A DNA stretch of 58,260 bases, filler included, from Porpidia crustulata (taxonomy: Eukaryota), in assembly GCA_964255105.1 (NCBI GenBank). It is 2 parts of 2 records of this genome, joined end to end, with 100 filler letters (N's around TTAATTAATTAA, not from the genome) between each part and the next. Parts side by side here need not be neighbours in the genome. Positions count along the whole stretch, not along the records: positions 1 to 29,270 come from CAXUWE010000027.1; 1 more part is not named here. The stretch is one strand, 5' to 3'. A model generated the notes under the pieces. The model was not told the origin of the DNA. It saw nothing but the letters and a program-made list of their open reading frames with translations, and searched no databases. Numbering within the stretch: position 1 is the stretch's first letter; every line of letters begins with the position of its first letter. This document shows, piece after piece, positions 1 through 13,799 of this stretch. The position numbers and the translations under genes are program-made.

Positions 1-272
1 ATGTTGGGGTGCGGGTGACTTGTATGCGATTTCATGCGGGATCGGGTCGGGGTTTTGTGGTCGAGAGAGGTTTCGACAAAGGTTGCGGTGGTGGGATTCG
101 ATGTATTCGCGCCCGTGGGCGTTTCGCATGAGGGAATGGAGATATTCTATTCGCTATATACACTCTTTGATGACTTGGGAGGTTTCGTTATCGACGTTTG
201 CTGGTTGTTTCTCTAGGACCCAAAATCCGTCGTTCGTTTCTATCGTATCCCTCAATCACACCACACACACAA

Positions 273-2794
273 TCACCACGCCGGGTAATTCAAATCCTCC
301 TGGCCAGGCCCTTCCGTTCCCCTCCCATTCTGTTCCGTTTCGTAATCCCGCATAAACTCATCCCAATCCGTCCAATCGATCGGATCCAACATGTTAGCAT
401 CCCCAACCCCGGCCCCAACCACGGGCGTACCCAGCATACCTACGATGCTGGGTTGAGGTGGCATGTTCGGCAGGTACTGTTGGTTTGGGTCAAAGGTATA
501 AGGAGGGAGGCCGAGCTGAAGGGTTCCGTCCGGTAACAAATCGCCCACGGTGGAAAAGTCGCTGAATGGACAGTTGGGGACGTCTGGGATGCGGAGGGTG
601 GAAAGTGAGGGCATTTGAAGGGGCATGGGCTGGGTTTTGGCGCAGGGGAAGCTGATCGCGTCGTTCGCCATCGAAACGTTCCCGTTCGTGAGCGCGCCGC
701 TGCGTCGGTTTGTCTGGGCTTTTCCCATGAGTTTCTTGATGGGCCGCCATAGCATTCCTCTGGATGAATCGGCAACACGCACGGCCCAGAACTCGTAGAC
801 GAGGTCGACAATTTTCCATGCTCTGTCCACCAGCGGGCCTTGGTTCTGCACGCATAATGTGGCGAGAGTGACGGCTATGGCGTGCCATTGAACCCATGTA
901 GCGAAGAGCCATCTCCACTGAGCGAGAGCAGGTTCGGACTCGAGGAGATACGCGTACTCGAGGACTTCGACGGCGATTTGGAGGATGTGATCTCTTGTCA
1001 CACCTCGTTGCGGATGAGGACGAACGCCTTGTGGAAATGGATGGTAAAGGCCTAACCACATTCGTGACAGGATTAAGCGAGCCACGGCGCTGGCGGTAAA
1101 AGCTATGGGGTTGGTTATGTCACAGTGTATCAGGTAATTATTCTCAATGTGCTGGTGACACTGCATGAGCATGCGTGACCTCTCTTCGAAACTTAGCGAC
1201 ACTGGTTGTTCTTCAACACCTATCTCCAAACGAGAGTGATTGAATTTTCGAATAAAGATAGACACGTCGTGGCTGATTAGGGAGAAAGTCATCTCTGTAA
1301 AGCCTGTCCTTTCGGTGATGACTTGACTCTCCGGATCCATGTCCTCATCATAAATATTTGCCGGCTTCCGAGTATTGAACGTTCCTTCGAAAATCATGGT
1401 TCCCGAGCCACGATCCTCCGCCGATCGTATGTCTAACATGGCGATCATCCACCAAAGCCGTCGTCGCATCTCCTGTGTGAAAGGCGAGTAGGCCTTGTTG
1501 GCACTTTCTCGATTTAGCCCGAGAGCATGAGCTATTCGTATAGCTAGACTGGTGAGTGTCCAACAAAACCTTGTATCGTCATGTGCACGAACACAGACCT
1601 AGTTTTCTCCAGGTCAGAACTTCTTGCACTTATAAAACGCAAGGAACCGAAATCCTAAACAAGAAATAGCACGCAAATCTTGGTGTCTAAACAAAACACT
1701 TACAAGGAAGGTGACTAGAGCCTGCAGTGTGACGAGGTCCGTACTATTCAAAAAATCCGCCTTTCCAAGAGCAATTTCAACCCCTCTTCTGTACCTGCTT
1801 AACAACGCGACCTTTTCAGACTGAAACATCTGTACGCACTGCTCCGTTGTGAGTGAAGTAATTGCAAAGTAGTATATAGCAAATAATAATGCTTGCATAC
1901 TTCGCCCACCCGGAGGATCATCCGGATTAGCAGAGACTGCCAGGACTTGTCTTTGAAGTGTTGGTCTGTGGACGACTTTGTAGATTGGATCACAATTCCG
2001 TAAGTATATTGTACACAGGGAAGGTATCTCAGATGGGCTAGGTTGCAACTGGTCGAGGGATTGCACTTCTGACGAGGAGCCAAACATCCAGTTTTGGCGA
2101 GAAGCATCGGAGTCTGGGGTATGTCTGGTATCATCTTCCTCGTCCGATTCATCGTCCAGTGTCTTTCTGAGTCCCTCAACCTAGATCACGAGTTCAGTAC
2201 AACCTGCATCGACCGAATCGTAATCATGTACTCCATCCTACGCACTTCGTTGCTTAGATTGTCCCAAAAATGGCCAGCGAGATATCTGTCCAAACCCCCA
2301 GCACCGTCCTGGCCAACAGGCAATTTTTTTTCCTCAGCAACCCTGGTTCCACTAGATCCGACTTGAGATCCCTCAGAACTTTTATGGCTGCCTGCATCTG
2401 GGCTCTTTTGCACCGGTTCCGTCGTTTGTGTTTCTGGCCCAATTCCTTCTTCTTGTATAGCATTGCTCTGGGCCAGAAGCTCCTCCAGCTTATTGAGCCT
2501 CTTCAGGATCTCTCCATTCGTGGCCTTGGATCCACGCTTCCTACCCCTAGGGAGACGCGCACGGTCCGGAAAGGTACACGACAGACCCGAGCGGTCACAG
2601 GCCACACAAGGATGGGTTTTGCTACATTTCACCTTGCGCTGCCGGCAATTTACGCAGGTTATGCGGTATTCTGCACTTTGGCTGGCAATCGATTTGCTGG
2701 TGGTCATTTCTTTATTTAGACCAAGGGTAGCATCATTTGATGGGTCTTGAATCCGAGTCTGAGTCTGAGTAGGAGAGGTGGTGCTGCCTGTCAT
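273..2794 (-). CDS. Zn(II)2Cys6 fungal transcription factor with fungal-specific TF (middle homology) domain; 3 exons (2794-2246, 2180-1704, 1598-273)
   Basis: CVNCRQRKVKCSKTHPCVACDRSGLSC binuclear cluster. Middle-domain motifs WTLTSLAIRIAHALGL and EMRRRLWW. GT-AG introns 2245-2181 and 1703-1599 join the ORF pieces in frame. Confidence 0.92.
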
Positions 2795-3368
2795 GGCTCC
2801 AGGAATGGCTGCAGTAATGGCCAAAGTTGCTGCCTAGAATGACTTCTGGAAGTACAATAATCCAACCATCCGGCTCGAAGCTGGATGAGGGTGTACACTG
2901 TCTTGTGGGATGGTTAATTCGTCTGATTGACGTGTGAGAAACCCAACGGAAGGAATTCATCAGTGGGACACATGCTGAGTCTTTCGATTGCGAAGTCATC
3001 CGTCATTATTGTTCATGAAGATCGATTCACGCTAGGCTTGGAAGGTTTACGATATCTAGCCGCTATCTAGGGCTGACTGTTGATTAAGGGTAACTTCCCA
3101 CCATCTACTTCGACTTCGCGAACTGGATCGTAGGATTGTCCTCGCCAGTTTTCGGGATAGAAGTTACTTGAACGCCGTACAGGCAGGTCTGTGTATTTCA
3201 CACTGGGCCGTCCAGCTTGAAATAGAGTGGCATCATAGGAGAATCGAAAGTCCGAGGTAACAGCCCGTCTACGATAAATCCCACATGTGTGGCACTTTTA
3301 TTGTTTCAGTCCATCGTCTCAAGATCATTGCGTCTTACTGTACACCTGTGACCAAGTAACCACTCATT

Positions 3369-5561
3369 TCACATCACAACTGCCACATGATCATCCATGT
3401 ACTGATCAATGTTCCCCAAGAAACACGCCGCAATGATGCTGACCGCGCCAAACGCAATACTCGTCAGATAGACCCATTTGTAGCTCTCCGCAAAGGCAAT
3501 CTGACCCGCTCCAACCACCATGGCGTAGGCCGTCTCGTTGCCCTTAATGCCGGGGATGAGCTTGAGGTCTTCCAGGAGAGAAGCCCCCGTGAACGCGATG
3601 GCTTCGCCGATGTAAGTGGTGTTTTTGATGCCGAGCTTGAGTATCATGGTGCCGCCGATGAAATGTTTGGCATTAGGGACGAATTTGTTGATGAAGACGT
3701 TGTAGTAAGTGGTGTAGCCGATAGAGCCGCCAATGACTCGGATCGAGAGGGTGAGGGCCGCGACAGTAGCGATGAGATCCTATATCGACGGATTAATTAA
3801 TATAATCTTATAACGCGTATTACTCTGAAAAACCTACATCAGGACATATGATAGTTGTAATGATCGATGCAGGAACAACAATACCACCAATGCCGATACC
3901 TGCAAGTACAAGGAGGCCCCACACTTGATAGATATTGTCCACACGCGCAACGGCAAGGCCCCCGCATCCTAGAAGACAGTCAGTCTTGCTATCTCGCGTA
4001 TAGATAGAGCAGGAGATCAATAAATTACCTGCTGTCATTAGAATAGAAGATACGACCAGCAACTCTCTGTTATGACCTCTGAAAACACTCAGGAGCCAGA
4101 GAACTACAAAAGCACCCGCCAAGATGCTGAAGCCAATTGGCAAACCTCGTATTCCGACACCGACGGGGTCTTGACCGTAAACATTGAACGCCTGTGTGGG
4201 CCAGAAAAGTAAGACGGAGAAGAAATTGGCTCCAGAAATGAAGGTGATGATAAGGGTTAGGATGAAAATGCGAGGATTCTGCTTTAGTCGAGCGGGGAAC
4301 ATTGGAAACTTGGCGAATTTCCATTCCCAAATGAAAAAAGCGGCTATAAGGGCTACGCCGAGGAGCAAAGGGACCAGGACATGCGCGGATTTCCAAGGGT
4401 ACTGCGTCCGGGATTAGTAGCTTTAGAACGTTTTGTAGGGACGCACACACCTGGTAACCTCCCCATTGTAGCCCGGCCATGAAAAGGATCATTCCCGAGA
4501 TACTCAGGAAGCCTCCAACAAAATCAATCTGCTTGATTACTTCCATTTTGGTCATACCTAGAGAGTTTACTCTCGGCGGTGGGTGATAGAAGATCACGGT
4601 CATGGCAAGGCCCACGAAATTCCAGAGACCACACAACAAACCACAGTACCTCCAACCTGCAGACGAAGCAATAAGCTGACCCCATAATACCGATGGGCAG
4701 AAAGGGATGATGGTGAAGACCAGGATCGCAACGTATTTGCCGCGCTTCCGAGTAGGAGCTAGCTCGGACGTGACAGCCAACGCCGTGAGTTCTAGGATAC
4801 CAGCACCAATACCGGCTAAGGTCATGCCACCTGTTGTTCACTTAGTGGTGACTCCTCAGTTTGACCAGGTTGACTGACCGATGAACGAATTCATTACTTT
4901 TGCCGTCGAAGACACAATCATCCCCAGAACGACAAATACTGCACCCGTGATAGCCACCCAGCGGCGGCCCATGATGTCTGACATGGATCCGACGAATGGG
5001 CAAATTCCTGCAAGAGACAGAAGGTAGGCAAGGACCTTATCAAGGATGAGCACGTAAACGATACAGCGTGGGCTTTGTGACCCCATCTTACAAACCAGAT
5101 CCATCGGTCTGCTCCACCAATATCTCTGTAGATGTACGGAGGGATGCCACCTAGAAGCTCTCAGCTATGGCCACACGAAGCATGCTACGGCTTTGGCATA
5201 CCGAAGGTGTAGACAGGGATCTGTGAGCCAGTCCAGAGGAAAGCCATGGCGATCAAGGACATGATTCTCTTGAAGGACATCTGAATTATCCATTAGCTAC
5301 TCTTCTCTGCCGATGGTGCGAACAAAGTACCGGTGGCTCATGCTCGTGGTCTTCACCATCGACAAATGTGCCTGTAATGCGATTCTATCAGTAACTTGTC
5401 TTTTGTCTTGCCACAGAAGACTTACGCAGGCCATTCTTTTCGTAGTAGTTGTTATGCCCGGGCACCCGTTCATTTGTGTGTACGGTTTCTACATGAGCGC
5501 CCACCACGTCCTTCTCCAAGTCGGCTGGCGAATGCGCCGAGCCATCAGAACTGGTTTTCAT
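3369..5561 (-). CDS. MFS transporter, TRI12 / fungal trichothecene efflux pump-like family (multi-exon)
   Basis: Pieces read MKTSSDGS..HNNYYEKNGL, MSFKRIMSLIAMAFLWTGSQIP, GSMSDIMGRRW (MFS motif A), ELAPTRKRG, LTLSIRVIGGSIG and YKWVYLTSIAFG. Many hydrophobic helices separated by GT-AG introns. Confidence 0.88.
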
Positions 5562-6962
5562 CGCTCGACGTGGATTACCGTCGTTGGCTAAATTGCTTCA
5601 CAAGACCCTCAAGTCCACAAGGAATTCCTAGATGCACGCGAAACGGGCCAAAGAAGAATATCAGAGGCGATTGGCGGCTAATTGACCTGAAGTCTCACGT
5701 CCTTTAATTTCAGATGAAGCCCAGGCGTATACATAACGCATGGAACAATGAGAAATACCTGCATATATATGCAGCCTGAGGTTCTTTCGACGCAGCTAAG
5801 GTGGAAGGATTAGGAAGACATTATTGGCTGAATGATAGAGATCATCTTCCAGACTATGCAGCATTAGATGAAGAGGGATGAAACTAGTCAGGGCGTTTGC
5901 AAATGCTCGGACAGACCATCTTCACGGCAGCAGTAGTGTTATGAGGCGGATAATTGGTTGGTCGCAAGGTCTACAGCGCCACTCATGCTACGTGCACGAT
6001 CTGTTCATCAGTCCACTCGATGACATTTTGGGCTCCATAAAGCGTGGTTGAGCATGGTTGAGCGTGGTCGAGACAGACGGTGGCCCTTGGTGGCTCTTGG
6101 TGGCTTCTGTCATGCGTGCGACGGGATTGATGTCGAGATGCGCCTTGCCGTCTTCGGGTTCTTACAGCCGTTTGCCGCAATGGAATGCGGGGAAACCGAG
6201 GCTCGAGTGTCTGCAAGAGGAAATATCGAGGAGGTAGGAGAGTAATGGGGGGATCGGATGGGACGGTCGGGAAACGACGTCTATGTTTTTGCCACGATAT
6301 GTGGGTATCAACAAATAACGCTCATTTGTGCTTGGGATGTGAATAGGTTGCAAAATAAATGAGGTGTGCAGAAAGTCGAGTGGAGTGGTTGCGTAGTGCG
6401 GGGTTATCAATCTGCGTGGTTTTCACCACTACCCATCAAATAGGCCTGACTGGCCGACAATGGCCTGCCTTGACGCAGAGTAGATGTATTCAATTCACTC
6501 TGAAATGCTCACAGTACGCAGTAATTGGGCCTCTTCTCACGTGCAGCATGCTTATAGCTTCAATCATCGATGTTGATGTCGTCCATGTCGAAAGATATTA
6601 CCCAATGCGTTTTTTTCTCCAACGGCCGGCAATTGAGGACTACAGTTGGACTGCTTGATGACCAGGAAGACGCAGCAACCCAAAACCCTGGTTGCAAATC
6701 GTACAGCAATCGTGCATCTGTACCGACCGTCAGTGATTGGACGATACTGAGACCACCCTCAGCGGCGATTAATTATTGAGATATCGTCCACTCGAACCGT
6801 TGATAAGGACATGCAGTCGTCGAGGCGATGGTGATCTGGGCCGAAGGGGTGGTGTGTAGAACGATGCATGTGACCTAGCGAACGATGGTGCAGGAGTGCT
6901 AATCCATATATAAGTGAAGAACAAGTCAATTGCTCGTCATCTTCAGCACCAACCATCAACGG

Positions 6963-10679
<3,717 letters not shown>

Positions 10680-10927
10680 TCACAAGCGGACGCGGATATT
10701 CTGTGTGCGGGTGAGAACGCGCCCACCGATACCAAGCTAACAATAGTAATTAGTAAGGTGACTTTCAACACGAGTTTAAGATTGTAGGAACCGCTGCCTG
10801 AACGTTTTGAGCCAAAATTCAAACATGACTGAGCTACCTTTACCGTAGTTAGCCAATTCTTATTTAAGCCAAGCTGTCTGAGAAATATGCGCTCGGAATC
10901 CTGCAGTCCGGAAATGGAAAATGTTGC

Positions 10928-10934
10928 AAAAAAA
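10928..10934 (-). terminator. RNA polymerase III terminator (T7) of the tRNA gene
   Basis: Run of 7 T on the minus strand beginning 4 nt after C73. Confidence 0.8.
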
Positions 10935-10973
10935 CATGGGCTGAACTGGGATTTGAACCCAGGACCTCTTACA

Positions 10974-10986
10974 TACAAGTAAAGTA
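10974..10986 (-). other. Canonical tRNA intron at position 37/38
   Basis: TACTTTACTTGTA lies one base 3' of the TGG anticodon; its removal restores a 7-nt loop. Confidence 0.85.
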
Positions 10987-10999
10987 CCCAAAGCAAGAA

Positions 11000-11062
11000 C
11001 TGCAAGTTGTTATTAGCCATTATGCAATTGGCAGACTTTCAAATGTTTGTGATGTAACTTAC
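11000..11062 (-). other. Spliceosomal-type intron inside the tRNA-Pro D-stem
   Basis: GTAAGT donor at 11062-11057, GCTAAT branch motif at 11017-11012 and TTGCAG acceptor ending at 11000. Length 63 nt, in the size class of the mRNA introns in this window. Confidence 0.8.
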
Positions 11063-11827
11063 TTCTGCCACTGAACTATCCAGCCAACTATTCCATAGAA
11101 TACCCAATATAATAGTATAAAATTTATTTTAAAATACCCATAGCCAAATAGATTGTACAGAAGTGCGCGAGGGTCGACAGTATTAGGTACCCGTACACAC
11201 CCATAGTTCGGATCCCAACCCTTGCCCAAAATGACCGAACTAGGGGTTTGACCTAACCAGGGGTGTATGATAGTAGGTAAAACAATAGATTTCCTACCTC
11301 AACGAGCCACGAGCTCGAAGCGGCTAGAACGATTCTTACCCAGTATTCGTGTAATGTTTCTCATCAATAATCCACAAGCCAATAATTCTCTTTAACCAAG
11401 AATCAGAGATTGTCCAAGAACCTGACTATCTTACCCTATAATTAAAGTAGATACGCTCATCAACAGTCTTCGACCGGAACGTGATCGATCACATTTTCTT
11501 CGTCGATATCCTCAACGCGAAGTAGTCCTCGACGGTGATCGCGAAAGCTGTCGGCAGAGAATGGCCTGCTTGAGGCGAAGGAGTCGTCAGAATCAAGCTG
11601 CATGAAGAGGGAATGATTGTTTGCATCGATAGAGAACCGGGTCTTCCAATGCCTGCTTTTTTGAAAAATTCAAAAGTGGTCTTCCCTATTGTGTCTCTGG
11701 ATTTTACGTGTAGCAGTGTTTATATTCCCGTGCACAGTAACAGTTTCATCATTCTTCGCGCAAAATAAGTACCTGTAAAGCTTTAAAATTTTGTGTATAT
11801 AGATGACGGTTGTCAAATCGCTTCCTT

Positions 11828-12737
11828 TCAACTCCATCTCTCCGTCAGCCAGTCAGTCCTCTCTCTTCCCTCTACCGACTCCCTCAGCACCCGCGCCACT
11901 TCCTTATTTCCATACGTTTCCGCCAGACTAAGCGCATCATGATCCCCCCAACAATCCTTGACCGTCGGGTCCGCGCCCCTATCGAGCAACCACGTAACTA
12001 CATCCTCGCCACCCCTTCCCTTCGCCGCGTACGCAATCGGCGTCCCCCAATGGTTCGGCAGCTGCCCGTCCGTGTCCATCTGGTTAACTTCCAGCCGCTC
12101 CTCCTCAACCAGGAATCGCAGCATCGCCATCCTCTCGGGCTCGTCAGCCGCGTCGCAGGTGGCTGCGCCCTCCGCTGCCTGGTGTAGCGTCCTCCGACCT
12201 ATCTGCGCGTTGTTCTCACGGAGCAGCTTGAAGCTGGACACCGTGCCTACGGCGGCGACCTTCTCCGTGAGTGGTAGATATTTGAGGGTGTCTTCGTCGT
12301 CTAACCCATCGGAGACCTGGGCCCCGTGCTCGAGGCACCATCTCACCAAATCTTCGTCCCAGGTCACCAGATCCAACAGTCTCGGCCCCTTGCCCGCCCC
12401 CATGTCAGAGCTACGTTGGTTTAGATCCCACCCCATCGAGACCACGGTGTCAAGAAGCTCAGTAGAGGGCTCGGTGGCGACGATGAGCGGGGTCAGCGTG
12501 TCGACGGGCGCGTGCTCAGTGGCGAGCAGGTATGAGGTCAGTGGGATGGAGCCTTTGGAGACAGCACTGGAAAGAGCAAAGGGGAGGAGCGAGTGGTCGA
12601 GCTGGAGCCCGCGGGATATCTTGCGGGTGGAGCAATTTCTAATGCCATCGGTAATCAGACGGCGCGGTGAGGGACTTTTCGTAATTTGTGAGGCGGGTGA
12701 GACGTCTTGGGCAGCGTTTGTTTGGGTCCGCGGCCAT
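11828..12737 (-). CDS. Ankyrin-repeat protein; the 5' ATG (12737) is out of frame with the main ORF (frameshift or pseudogene)
   Basis: VRWCLEHGA, GRRTLHQAA and WGTPIAYAA..VVTWLLDRGADP are ankyrin motifs. The reading frame is open back to ~12750 but has no ATG upstream of ~12440. Confidence 0.7.
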
Positions 12738-13799
12738 TGTATTGATTCCGTTTAGCTAAGTTTGGTATATTTAGACGGGGAGAGATTTTAACGTTGCATT
12801 CTGGTTCTGATATTGTGTGGTGCCAATGTGTGGTGCAGAGCAGGGAAGAATGAAACTACCAGGGAACAATCGACATGACGGCTGTGCCAAAAGGCTGAGC
12901 CGCCTATTAGCTAGGCAGACAAGTCGCTACTTCGCCATGTCAACTGCGCATCATGACAGAATACTTGTGATCATGAAATCACGGATACCATCTCGGTTGA
13001 GATGTTACGCTGATTAAAAAAAATGGATTGAGAAACTGTTTTACGCGGTTCGAACCTGGTGCAAAACCGCGTTCAATACGATAAAAATATACGTTCTTTA
13101 ATCAGTTAACTCAAAATAGTAACTTGCGTAAAAAAAAGTGTTACAATCGTAAAGTGTTTCACTATTCTAATGCTATTGGTAGAGTCGGGAAAAGAGTGAG
13201 AGCCGCGTGAAAGGGCTGAAGAAAAAAATACAAAAGCTGATATTGAGCGAGCGAAGGAGACAAAGGCATTTGGTCGCACCCCTCGGGCCACTATGCTCTT
13301 GTTCGAGGAGGAAATGGTAATGCGTGATTCCAAGTCCGGGGTCAGCACAATATGTATATATGTGGTAAATTCCACTGAAAAGTGCAAGTCCTGTCGCTCA
13401 TGCTCTCTATTTGATTCTGGAATTGCACGTCATCATTGTTCACCACCCCTCCCCCCGCGGATAACCAGCTCTCGCCCCGTTCATTGCTAATTCGAAAAAC
13501 ACTCGGATGGCCACGGATACCATTAACACAATCTTACCCGGGTATGATTCGAAACAAGGGTACTGTAATAATGGTTCTCAAAGATCTATCAATCATCAGC
13601 TGAACCGCTGGGATGCACAACGATTTAGATCGAGAAAGACTTACGAGGAATGATCGTTTTGGTCCCTAATTTTCTTCGGTTGGGAGGTTGTGATGTCAAG
13701 CTGCATCTCAATTTGATTCTCTCCGCAAACGTATTGGAACTTGCGTTCACGTAATCATTATAGGCCTTATGCGTCCTTGCCGCAATTGGTCTTCATCGA

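Larger units (their letters stand above)
10938..11085 (-). tRNA. tRNA-Pro(TGG) gene with two inserts: a 63-nt spliceosomal-type intron in the D-stem and a 13-nt canonical anticodon-loop intron (function unproven; could be a pseudogene)
   Basis: Spliced sequence: GGCTGGA TA GTTC AGTGGCA GAA^T T CTTGC TT TGG G^T GTAAG AGGTC CTGGG TTCAAAT CCCAG TTCAGCC C. All four stems pair (only G:U wobbles). A box TAGTTCAGTGG, B box GGTTCAAATCC, discriminator C73, T7 terminator downstream. Confidence 0.88.

Noticed and set aside
11958..12755. 265-aa plus-strand ORF
   Set aside because: Ser-rich antisense shadow of the ankyrin gene.
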